Assembly (NCBI GenBank): GCA_016205145.1
Contig: JACQJH010000002.1
Span: 450,001-482,000, forward strand
Direction of reading: 5' to 3'
Source of the DNA: Candidatus Iainarchaeum sp.
GTDB taxonomy: Archaea > Iainarchaeota > Iainarchaeia > Iainarchaeales > JACQJH01
DNA: 32,000 nucleotides
Part shown: piece after piece, positions 1-7,932 of the stretch
How the letters are laid out: the number at the start of each line of letters is the position of its first letter
Position numbering within the stretch: position 1 is the stretch's first letter
Notes under the pieces: generated by a model
Database searches by the model: none
Seen by the model: only the letters and a program-made list of their open reading frames with translations
What the model was told of the DNA's origin: nothing
Made by a program: the position numbers and the translations under genes

Positions 1-95
1 AAGCACGCCCGCGCCGGCCGGACAAAAGCAGCTTACTCGGCCGTTCGCAGCAGCGGACGGCCCTGGTTTCGGACCAGCCGGACGAAACCGGCTTT

Positions 96-638
96 TCAAA
101 ACAGCAGGCCTTTGAGCAGGGTTACGCTGTAATAGCCGGCGTAGGCAATTATAATGTATCTGACTGTCTTGCCGCTGATTGCAAGGGCTGCGAACTTCCT
201 GAAATCGTAGCTTATCAGGCCGGCGGCAATGCCTATGACGTCGAAGCCCAGCGGCAGCAAGGCGCCGAAGAAGATTATGGGCGCGCCCTTTTCCTTTATG
301 GTTTTTGTCATGCCAAGGATTTTCCTGAGATGCGGCTTGTCGAACTTTTCCAGGCCGACCGAGCTGGCTTTGCCGAGAAGGTAGCCCGTGCATTCGCCCA
401 GGCCGGCGCCGATTCCGGCGAACAGGCCCAGCAGCAATGGGCTGAAAACCCCGAGATTGTTGAAATTGAACAGCGGCGCGGACGTAAAAATGAGTATTTC
501 AATCGGCAGCGGAAAGATTATTGTGGCATTCGCTATGAGCGATGCGAGGAAAAAGCCCGGCAGGCCGTAAGTCTGGACAAGCGATGCGAGAAATGCCTCG
601 AGGCCCATGCAACCGGATGAAAGTTTGGCTGGAAGCAT
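96..638 (-). CDS. DedA/YqaA-type (VTT domain) integral membrane protein
   Basis: 180-aa ORF with several hydrophobic helices. The segment GLPGFFLASLIANATIIFPLPIEILIF resembles the conserved DedA/YqaA core. An alternative ATG lies at 608 (MGLEAF...). Confidence 0.72.
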   Translation of the reverse strand: MLPAKLSSGCMGLEAFLASLVQTYGLPGFFLASLIANATIIFPLPIEILIFTSAPLFNFNNLGVFSPLLLGLFAGIGAGLGECTGYLLGKASSVGLEKFDKPHLRKILGMTKTIKEKGAPIIFFGALLPLGFDVIGIAAGLISYDFRKFAALAISGKTVRYIIIAYAGYYSVTLLKGLLF

Positions 639-689
639 TAAAATAGGTTTTGATGCAAGAATTTTTGGTTGAGTTCTGGAAGTGCCTGC

Positions 690-1094
690 ATGGAATACGA
701 GAAAATGCTTGACCGGCTTTACATGTCATTGCCGGAAAAAACGCTGTCAAAGGAAAGGTTCGAGGTGCCCGAAGCCTCTTCTTTCATCCAGGGCGCGAAG
801 ACAGTTGTCAGGAATTATTCGCAGTTGCTGAAAATCATGCGCCGCGAGGAAAAGCATCTGTTCAGGTTCATTGCCAAGGAAATCGGCACTGCCGCGAGCG
901 TCGAGGGCGGCAGCCTTGTGCTGAACGGAAAGTTTTCGCAGGACCAGGTCAGAAAGCTTTTCATGGACTATTTCAAGACGTTTGTGCTGTGCCCGGAGTG
1001 CGGCAAGCCTGACACGCAGGTCATAGCCTGGCAGAGCGTAAGAGCGCTCAAATGCGAGGCTTGTGGTGCAGTAACGCCGGTAAAAGGATTGTGA
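690..1094 (+). CDS. eif2b: translation initiation factor aIF2 beta subunit
   Basis: Begins MEYEKMLDRLYMSLPEK and ends in a zinc ribbon (CPECGKPDT...CEACG), both typical of a/eIF2-beta. The ATG at 690 is preferred over the TTG at 669 used by the ORF track. Confidence 0.9.
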   Translation: MEYEKMLDRLYMSLPEKTLSKERFEVPEASSFIQGAKTVVRNYSQLLKIMRREEKHLFRFIAKEIGTAASVEGGSLVLNGKFSQDQVRKLFMDYFKTFVLCPECGKPDTQVIAWQSVRALKCEACGAVTPVKGL

Positions 1095-1119
1095 TTTTTT
1101 CTGTTCGGGCCGTGGAACA

Positions 1120-1410
1120 ATGTTCCATAAAATCCACCGCAGCGTTTCCGGCGAGGTTCTGGCTGTCTGCGACAAGGATTTGTCCGGCAAGACCTTGGAG
1201 TTCGGCGAAATCTTTTTTGAGGTCAGGGAATCGTTTTACGGCAAGGAGCATTTGTCCGGGGAACGGCTTGCGGAATTGCTTGCGGAGTTCGGCAACGCCA
1301 ACCTTGTCGGGGAAAAATGCGTGGGCATCGCGATAAAAGCGGGCTTTGCGTCAGAGGGCAACACTATTAGGATTAAAAACGTTCCACATTTACAGATTTT
1401 CAGGATTTGA
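1120..1410 (+). CDS. conserved archaeal DUF424-family protein
   Basis: 96 aa. The pattern MFHKIHR..GEVLAVCDKDLSGK...ESFYG...NLVGEK...VPHLQIF matches the DUF424 family, which is usually linked to translation-factor genes in archaea. Confidence 0.72.
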   Translation: MFHKIHRSVSGEVLAVCDKDLSGKTLEFGEIFFEVRESFYGKEHLSGERLAELLAEFGNANLVGEKCVGIAIKAGFASEGNTIRIKNVPHLQIFRI

Positions 1411-1454
1411 CTTTCTTATTTGATGTTTTGATTTTTTGGTTTGAGGCGAAAGAT

Positions 1455-1772
1455 TTGGCTGCTGTTCAAGAAGACGAGGAGAACGAGTTCCGCAGGATAA
1501 GGCTGCCAAGGGAGCGCGATTTGGAGCAGTTCGGCCTGGTCATCCAGCTCATGGGAACCGACCAGATCAAGGTTTTGTGCGCGGACGGAAAGGAACGGCA
1601 GTGCAGGATCCCCGGAAAGCTGAAAAAAAGGGTGTGGATCAGGCAGAACGACATTGTCATAATAAAATTGTGGGATTTCCAGCCGTCGAAAGCGGACATT
1701 GTGTGGCGGTTTTTCGGCCACCAGACCGAGTATTTGAAGCGCGAGGGCAGGCTCAAGGGGCTGCCCGTCTGA
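1455..1772 (+). CDS. eif1a: translation initiation factor aIF1A
   Basis: S1/OB core RIRLPRERDLEQFGLVIQLMGTDQIKVLCADGKERQCRIPGKLKKRVWIRQNDIVIIKLWDFQPSKADIVWRF. There is no in-frame ATG before this core. The TTG at 1455, preceded by GAGG, is the plausible start. The ORF-track TTG at 1407 would add a hydrophobic, non-homologous N-terminus. Confidence 0.88.
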   Translation: MAAVQEDEENEFRRIRLPRERDLEQFGLVIQLMGTDQIKVLCADGKERQCRIPGKLKKRVWIRQNDIVIIKLWDFQPSKADIVWRFFGHQTEYLKREGRLKGLPV

Positions 1773-1801
1773 TTTTACTGTTTTTTGCCCCCATTCCATT
1801 T

Positions 1802-2551
1802 ATGCACAAAAGTTTTTCCGAGGACAAGGTAATCAGCGAGGAGTCGCTGAGAAAGGTCTTTGAAAAGGTTTTCAACGAGCGCACCATGCGCTGCCTGTAT
1901 TCGCTTGCCTCAAAAGGCTATTTCCAGAGCCTTGAATTCCAGGTCAATGACGGCAAGGAAGCGCACGTTTTCAGGGCAGTGGATGCGTCGGGAACGTTCC
2001 GCGCGGTTAAGATTTACAAGGTTGAAACCGCGGAATTCAATGCAATGGCGCAATACATCGAGGGCGACAGGCGGTTCATGCGCGTCAAAAAGGACAGGCG
2101 GAGCATTGTGTTCACGTGGGCGAAAAAGGAGTTCAGGAACCTGCAATTGCTCTCGGATGCAAAAGCGGACGTGCCATATCCTACTGCAGTGAAGGAAAAC
2201 GTTCTGGTCATGGAGTTCATCGGAAAGGATGGGATTGCGGCGAAAAGCGTAAAGGAAGCGCCGCCAAAAAGCATTGAAAGCTTCCGCGAGGCAATGGTTG
2301 AATTCATGGCGAAGGCGTATTCCAAGGGTTTGGTGCATTCAGACCTGTCGGAATACAATGTCCTGAACAACGACGAAAAGTTTGTCGTTATCGACGTCGG
2401 GCAGGGCGTTCTCACCTCGCATCCGATGGCGGGCGAGTTTTTCAGGCGCGACGTGGAAAACATTGCCGGCTATATTTCCAATTGCGGCGAAAAGGTTTCG
2501 GCGGAAGATCTGACTGAAGAAGTGAGACGCAGGGCCAAATCACTAGGGTAA
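1802..2551 (+). CDS. rio1: RIO1-type serine kinase/ATPase
   Basis: Catalytic loop HSDLSEYNVL, metal-binding IDVGQGV, and nucleotide-binding GKEAHVF...AVKIYK. The ATG at 1802 (MHKSFSEDK) is the real start. The track ORF from 1577 overlaps aIF1A in another frame. Confidence 0.9.
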   Translation: MHKSFSEDKVISEESLRKVFEKVFNERTMRCLYSLASKGYFQSLEFQVNDGKEAHVFRAVDASGTFRAVKIYKVETAEFNAMAQYIEGDRRFMRVKKDRRSIVFTWAKKEFRNLQLLSDAKADVPYPTAVKENVLVMEFIGKDGIAAKSVKEAPPKSIESFREAMVEFMAKAYSKGLVHSDLSEYNVLNNDEKFVVIDVGQGVLTSHPMAGEFFRRDVENIAGYISNCGEKVSAEDLTEEVRRRAKSLG

Positions 2552-2577
2552 AAAATGCTTTGGGAAATGATGTTTTA

Positions 2578-3120
2578 ATGCCTGAAGAACAGTTCGAGTC
2601 CTTTTTCGTGCCGAAGGAAAGGGTTGCCGTCATCATCGGGAAAAACGGCGTGACGAGGCGCAAAATCGAGTCCCTGACGGGAACAAAAATTTCGGTTGAA
2701 AGCGGAACCGGCGAGGTTTCGGTTGAAAGCGAAAAGACCGGGTTAAATTTTTATAATGCTTTGAATATTATTAGAGCGATTGCCCGGGGCTTTGCGCCCG
2801 AAAAGGCGTTCACCCTTGCCGACGATTCTTTCCTGCTGGAAATAATTCCGCTTGAGGACATCCTTGGAAAGTCCAAGAGTTCGCAGATAGCAAAAAAGGG
2901 CAGGATCATCGGCAGGAACGGCGCCGCAAGGAACATTCTCGAGGAAAAAACCGGTTGTTTCATATCGGTTTTCGGGAAAACCGTTGCCATAATCGGCCGG
3001 CCTGACGGGATTGAAAGGGCGAGAAAGGCGGTTGAAATGCTCCTGGAAGGGGCAAACCATTCAACGGTTTACAGGTTTTTGGACAGCAGGGCATTGGAAG
3101 AGCACAGGTTTGAATTGTAG
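2578..3120 (+). CDS. KH-domain RNA-binding protein (archaeal Dim2/Pno1-like)
   Basis: Two KH-like modules (VIIGKNGVTRRKIE and RIIGRNGAARNILE). It sits directly downstream of the Rio kinase, as is usual in archaea. Confidence 0.85.
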   Translation: MPEEQFESFFVPKERVAVIIGKNGVTRRKIESLTGTKISVESGTGEVSVESEKTGLNFYNALNIIRAIARGFAPEKAFTLADDSFLLEIIPLEDILGKSKSSQIAKKGRIIGRNGAARNILEEKTGCFISVFGKTVAIIGRPDGIERARKAVEMLLEGANHSTVYRFLDSRALEEHRFEL

Positions 3121-3128
3121 GTGAGGGA

Positions 3129-4874
3129 ATGGCGGAAGCTGATGCGGGCGTGAAGGGGAAGGCCGGAAAGGTGGCGGAGGAAGCCAATGTTTCCGCCGAA
3201 GACCTTGCCAAGGAATTCAAGGAGCATTCCGTCGCCGAATTTTTCAAAAAGAACAGGCAGATGCTCGGCCTCACGGGAAAAATCAAGACCCTCACAACAG
3301 TCGTCCACGAATACGTTTCAAACAGCCTGGACGCGTGCGAGTCCGCCAACATTCTGCCGGACATAACCGTCAAGCTTATCGAACTGGAAGAAGAGCATTA
3401 CGAGCTTGTGGTGCAGGACAACGGGCCGGGCCTGACCAAGGAGACTGTCGGAAAGGCTTTGGGGCAGCTGCTTGCGGGCACGAAATTCCACAGGCTCATG
3501 CAGATGCGCGGCCAGCAGGGCATAGGCGCGTCCGGGTGCACAATGCTTTCGCTTGTCACCACTGGAAAACCAATTCAGGTCATCAGCGGCACCGGCAAGG
3601 GCAAGCCGTTTTTCGCGGAGCTCACGATTGACCCGAAAAAAAACGAGCCTAAGCTCATCAAGGTCGAGGACGTCGACAAGGATTTCCGCGGGCTCACAAT
3701 CAAGGCTGTTTTCAAGGACATAAAATACCAGAAGAGCGAGGGAGGGCCCCTGGAATACATCCGCCGCACTGCCATTGCGAACCCGCATGCAAAGCTTGCC
3801 TTTGTCGACCCGTTCGGGGAAAAATTCGAATTCAACCGCACAATGAAGACCGTGCCGAAAAGGCCTGTCGAAGTGAAGCCGCACCCGAAAGGCGTTACTG
3901 TTGACGAACTGCTGACAATGGCGAAGGCGACGCAGGCACGCAAGGTCGTTTCATTCATCAAAAACGATTTCGACAGGACCGGTGAAAAAGCGGTTGAAGA
4001 AGTGCAGAACGCGGTTTCGTTCGACCTCAATACCGATCCCGCAAAGCTTTCTTGGGAGCAGGCCGAGGAAATAATCAAGGCGTTCCAGAAAATAAATTTC
4101 ATTGCACCGACAACCGACGGCCTGAGGCCGATCGGAGAGGACCGCGTCATCGCTTCCCTGAAGAACATCGTCGAACCGGAATTTTTGGAAGTGAACACGC
4201 GCAGGCCCCAGGTTTACAAGGGCGGCTTCGCGTTCCAGGTCGAGGTTGGCTTAGCGTACGGCGGGAATGCGGGCAAGGCGAGCGAGGAAAAAACCGAGGA
4301 CGGAAAAATTGTAAGGAAAGTCGAGGTCATGAGGTTTGCAAACAGGGTTCCATTGCTGTTCGATGCCGGAGGGTGCGCGCTGCAGAAGGCAGTGAACTCC
4401 ATTGACTGGAAGCGCTATGGAATAAGGGATGCCGAGACTGCGCCTTTGACGATTTTCATCCACCTTGTATCCGTGCACATTCCCTACACGGGCGCGGGCA
4501 AGCAGGCGGTTTCGGACGAAGAGGAAATAATGGAGGAACTGCGGCTTGCGTTGATGGACGTCGGCAGGAAAACCTACAGGTTTGTCGCAAACCAGAGGCG
4601 CGAGGCGGAAAAACTGCAGAAAAAGAAAATCTTTTACAAATACGCTAAACAGGTTGCAATCGGCCTGTCCGAGCTGACGGGCAAAAATGTCGAGCCGATT
4701 GAAAAAAAACTGCACGACATTGTGCTGAAGAGGCTGAAGCTTGAGGACGAGCTTGAGGCTAAGGGCGAAAAGCTTGACGAGGAGCCACCGGAAGAAGAGG
4801 AAGGGAAGGCAAAGAAAAAGGGCAAGAAGGCGAAAAAGGGCGCGCTTGAAACGGTGAACGAAGATGACGAATAA
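3129..4874 (+). CDS. top6B: DNA topoisomerase VI subunit B
   Basis: Bergerat ATPase motifs EYVSNSLDA and DNGPGL, transducer domain and overall length. An upstream GGTGAGGG acts as a ribosome-binding site. A 47-aa K/E-rich C-terminal tail is present. Confidence 0.95.
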   Translation: MAEADAGVKGKAGKVAEEANVSAEDLAKEFKEHSVAEFFKKNRQMLGLTGKIKTLTTVVHEYVSNSLDACESANILPDITVKLIELEEEHYELVVQDNGPGLTKETVGKALGQLLAGTKFHRLMQMRGQQGIGASGCTMLSLVTTGKPIQVISGTGKGKPFFAELTIDPKKNEPKLIKVEDVDKDFRGLTIKAVFKDIKYQKSEGGPLEYIRRTAIANPHAKLAFVDPFGEKFEFNRTMKTVPKRPVEVKPHPKGVTVDELLTMAKATQARKVVSFIKNDFDRTGEKAVEEVQNAVSFDLNTDPAKLSWEQAEEIIKAFQKINFIAPTTDGLRPIGEDRVIASLKNIVEPEFLEVNTRRPQVYKGGFAFQVEVGLAYGGNAGKASEEKTEDGKIVRKVEVMRFANRVPLLFDAGGCALQKAVNSIDWKRYGIRDAETAPLTIFIHLVSVHIPYTGAGKQAVSDEEEIMEELRLALMDVGRKTYRFVANQRREAEKLQKKKIFYKYAKQVAIGLSELTGKNVEPIEKKLHDIVLKRLKLEDELEAKGEKLDEEPPEEEEGKAKKKGKKAKKGALETVNEDDE

Positions 4875-5958
4875 GGACGAGGCGGTCATAAAAAAGCTCG
4901 GCGAAATGGGCGAGCAGATAATCAAGCAGGTCGACAAGGGCGAACAGCCGTCAGTCGATTTGCCGGTGAGGGCATTGAGCAACATTTATTTCGACAAGAA
5001 AAGCCGCACAATCAAGCTCGGCGACAAGACTTCGGCAAGGCAGTTCCTGAACATAGCGCACACGCGCAAGTTCATGCAGACCGTGCTTGTGGCATCCGAA
5101 ATAAAAAAGGTCATCGGCCAGAAAGCCACAGTCAGCATCCGTGACCTCTATTATGCGTTGAAGCACACCATCGAGGGAACTAACGAGAACACTTTCGAGG
5201 AGCAGGGCGAATCAGACCCGATAATAGAGGACATCGAATCAAGCCTCAACCTTTTGCGCGAAGAGCTCCATCTTGCCGCTTCCTCAAAGGGTGTCATTGC
5301 GGGAAACATGACAATCAAGGACGGCAAGGACACAATCGATTTGACGAGGATGGGTTCCGGCGGCTGGGGCGTTCCGTCCAATGTCGAGCCGGACAAGGTC
5401 GAAATAAAGGACATCGACGCTGAATACGTTTTGTTCATTGAAAAAGATGCCGTCTGGAAAAGGTTCAACGAGGACGCATTCTGGAAAAAGCACAAGTGCA
5501 TAATCATAACCGGAAGGGGCCAGCCTTCGAGAGCGGAGAGAAGGTTTGTGCAGAGGCTAAACCACGAGCACAACCTTCCGGTCTTTGCCTTGATGGACGC
5601 GGACCCGTGGGGAATGTACATTTATTCCGTGATAAAGCAGGGTTCCATCAGCCTGAGCTATTCCGAGGAAAAGCTTGCCACGCCGGAAACCAAATACATC
5701 GGCCTCACCGTCAAGGACGTTGAAACCTACAAGATTCCGAAGGAAGTGACAATCAAATTGAACCAGCTTGACGCCAAAAGGCTCAAGGAAATGGAAGGCT
5801 ACGAATGGTTCAAGAAAAAGGAATGGCAGGAAGAATTCCAGAGAATGCGTGAAAAGGCCGTGAAGCTGGAACTCGAAGCGCTTTCCAAGAAAGGCATCAG
5901 GTTCATAACCGAAGAGTATCTGCCGAACAAGATGAAGCAGAAGGACTTCCTGCCATAG
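4864..5958 (+). CDS. top6A: DNA topoisomerase VI subunit A (Spo11 homologue)
   Basis: Catalytic-Tyr region RDLYYAL and Toprim motifs EKDAV and DADPWG. It overlaps top6B by 11 nt. Confidence 0.95.
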   Translation: MTNKDEAVIKKLGEMGEQIIKQVDKGEQPSVDLPVRALSNIYFDKKSRTIKLGDKTSARQFLNIAHTRKFMQTVLVASEIKKVIGQKATVSIRDLYYALKHTIEGTNENTFEEQGESDPIIEDIESSLNLLREELHLAASSKGVIAGNMTIKDGKDTIDLTRMGSGGWGVPSNVEPDKVEIKDIDAEYVLFIEKDAVWKRFNEDAFWKKHKCIIITGRGQPSRAERRFVQRLNHEHNLPVFALMDADPWGMYIYSVIKQGSISLSYSEEKLATPETKYIGLTVKDVETYKIPKEVTIKLNQLDAKRLKEMEGYEWFKKKEWQEEFQRMREKAVKLELEALSKKGIRFITEEYLPNKMKQKDFLP

Positions 5959-5982
5959 GTTCCGGCCTCACGCTGCGGCGGG

Positions 5983-5998
5983 AATAAAACTTTAAAAG
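5983..5998 (+). promoter_or_regulatory. TATA-like box (AATAAAACTTTAAAAG) about 28 nt upstream of the cutA ATG
   Basis: An A/T-rich box in an otherwise GC-rich spacer. The distance to the ATG at 6022 fits a leaderless transcript. Confidence 0.4.
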
Positions 5999-6021
5999 GC
6001 GGAAAGCACATTCTTTTTCTG

Positions 6022-6333
6022 ATGCCGATTATGGTCTGCTTTGTTTCATGCCCCGGCGAAAAGGAAGCCGGAAAAATCGCAAGGGCGCTTGTTGAAAAAA
6101 GGCTTTGCGCGTGCGCCAACATCATCCCCGGCGTTTCGTCTGTTTACCGCTGGAATGGCAATGTCAAAAAATCGCGCGAGGCACTGCTTTTGCTGAAGAC
6201 TAAGAAAAGCCTGCGGAAAAAGGTCGAAGGCGAAATAAAAAAATTGCATTCCTATGACCTGCCTGCAATCGAATTCTTCGAGGCGCGCACAACAGGGCTG
6301 GCGCAGAAATGGGTTTTCGGTGAAACGCTTTGA
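6022..6333 (+). CDS. cutA: divalent-cation tolerance protein CutA
   Basis: 103 aa. The CutA1 signature reads MVCFVSCPGEKEAGKIARALVEKRLCACANIIPGVSSVYRWNG...LLLKT. Confidence 0.85.
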   Translation: MPIMVCFVSCPGEKEAGKIARALVEKRLCACANIIPGVSSVYRWNGNVKKSREALLLLKTKKSLRKKVEGEIKKLHSYDLPAIEFFEARTTGLAQKWVFGETL

Positions 6334-6350
6334 ACGAAAACATCCGGCAC

Positions 6351-7751
6351 ATGGAAAAGCTGTTCGCGCCGAAAAGCGTTGCGGTCATCGGAGCAAGCGA
6401 ACAGCGCGGCAGTGTTGGCAGGGCATTGCTGGAAAACTTCATAAACTCGGATTTCAGGAACAGGGTTTTTGCAGTCAACCCGTTCCATGAAAGCATTCTC
6501 GGCCTGAAGGCATTCAAAAGCGTGAAGGACATTCCGCAGGAAGTCGAATTGGCGGTCATTGCAGTGCCCGCAAAGTTTGTTCCGCAGGCGTTGAAGGAGT
6601 GCGCGGAAAAAAATGTTGCGAACGCCATAATCATCAGCGCCGGGTTTTCAGAAATAGGCGAAAAGGCGCTTACAGCCAAACTTGAAAAAATAATCGCCGA
6701 CAACCCGGAGACGCGCGTTCTCGGCCCGAATTGCTTTGGCGTTTTCGACGGCAAGAGCCGGCTTAATACCACTTTTTCGGAAACAAAGAGGACAAGGCTT
6801 CCCCAGCCAGGCAATGTCTCATTCATAAGCCAGTCCGGCGCGCTTGGGGTTGCGATTCTTGACTGGATGTCGACACAGAATTTCGGCATAAGCAAGTTCG
6901 TTTCGTACGGCAATGCCATGGGCATAGACGAATCCGACCTTCTCGAATACCTCGACTACGACAAGGGCACGAAGGTAATTGCCATGTACATCGAGGGCGC
7001 AAAGCATGGCAGGAAATTTTTTGAAATCGCGAAAACCGTGTGCAGGAAAACCCCGATTGTCGCGTTGAAGGGCGGAGTCAGCGAGCAGACGCACAAGGCA
7101 ACCGCTTCGCATACCGGCAGCCTTGCGGGAAGCGCGGAAGTCTACCGCGCATTGTTCAGGCAGACCGGAATAATCCAGGCAAACGACATGCTCGAACTGT
7201 TCAGTTTCGCAAAAATCCTTGCTGGCGAGCCGTTGCCGAACGGCAGCAGAACGCTCATCATAACGAATGGCGGCGGCTACGGCATAATTTCCGCGGACAG
7301 CGTGATTGGCAACGGCCTGCAGTTGGCGAAGCTTGGCCCCGAAAGCGTTGAACGACTGAGGAAAGCGTTTCCCGACCGGGTGACTATTGCCAATCCCCTT
7401 GACCTGGTCGGCGACGCGGGCAGGGAAAGGTATGCCGTTGCGATTGAAACCGCGCTGAAGGACAAAAACGTGGACATTGTAATGGTGCTGGTGCTGTTCA
7501 ACACTCCCGCAATCGATGAAAGCATTGTCGAAGAGTTGGTTGGATGGAAAAAAAAGGCGAAAAAGCCGCTCACAGTGGTGTCTGTCGGCTCGGAATTCAC
7601 TGAAGAGATGATGAAAAGGCTCGAACAGGGCGGCATCGTAACCTTCCGCTATCCGAATGTCGCGGCAAGGGCGCTGAAGGCGCTCGCCGACTTCGCGGAA
7701 TTCAGGCGCGAAAACAACGGCAAGTCCTCGGCCAAGGCCGGCCAGAACTGA
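6351..7751 (+). CDS. ADP-forming acetyl-CoA synthetase family protein, alpha (CoA-binding/ligase) part
   Basis: N-terminal CoA-binding Rossmann fold (LFAPKSVAVIGASEQRGSVGRAL) and phosphohistidine loop ASHTGSLAGS. The ATG at 6351 is preferred. No ATP-grasp beta domain is present or adjacent. Confidence 0.85.
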   Translation: MEKLFAPKSVAVIGASEQRGSVGRALLENFINSDFRNRVFAVNPFHESILGLKAFKSVKDIPQEVELAVIAVPAKFVPQALKECAEKNVANAIIISAGFSEIGEKALTAKLEKIIADNPETRVLGPNCFGVFDGKSRLNTTFSETKRTRLPQPGNVSFISQSGALGVAILDWMSTQNFGISKFVSYGNAMGIDESDLLEYLDYDKGTKVIAMYIEGAKHGRKFFEIAKTVCRKTPIVALKGGVSEQTHKATASHTGSLAGSAEVYRALFRQTGIIQANDMLELFSFAKILAGEPLPNGSRTLIITNGGGYGIISADSVIGNGLQLAKLGPESVERLRKAFPDRVTIANPLDLVGDAGRERYAVAIETALKDKNVDIVMVLVLFNTPAIDESIVEELVGWKKKAKKPLTVVSVGSEFTEEMMKRLEQGGIVTFRYPNVAARALKALADFAEFRRENNGKSSAKAGQN

Positions 7752-7914
7752 TTTCCATCCGACCGAAAGCGCGTCCGAGCGAAGCGAGTCTGCACTGCAG
7801 GGGTTGCACCCCTTGCAAACCCCCGGACTCTTTAATGGAATACTCGGCATATTGCATAGCAATATGCCTTGGTTTCGGCACGCGCGGTCGAAAACGCGCC
7901 CGGACGTGACGGCG

Positions 7915-7932
7915 AGCCGGACGGAACCGGCT
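7915..7932. terminator. hairpin AGCCGG-N6-CCGGCT abutting the mre11 stop codon
   Basis: A 6-bp GC stem overlaps the TAG stop (7931-7933, minus strand). On the plus strand a T7 run follows at 7940-7946. The same motif occurs at 76-93. Confidence 0.35.

Noticed and set aside
1-95. A GC-rich 95-bp leader segment at the window edge that might be an RNA gene fragment.
   Set aside because: It is too short and is truncated by the window. Apart from the 3'-end hairpin module at 64-93, I could not fold it into any recognisable tRNA or rRNA feature.
4251-4985. A 244-aa minus-strand ORF. Similar long antisense ORFs occur at 6819-7862, 20075-21022, 24036-25142, 26043-26993 and 28042-28929.
   Set aside because: All are shadow ORFs opposite genes with unambiguous conserved motifs (top6B, ACD, the nucleotidyltransferase, ppsA, dph2 and aRF1). 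Their skewed Arg/Phe/Leu-rich sequences match no known family.
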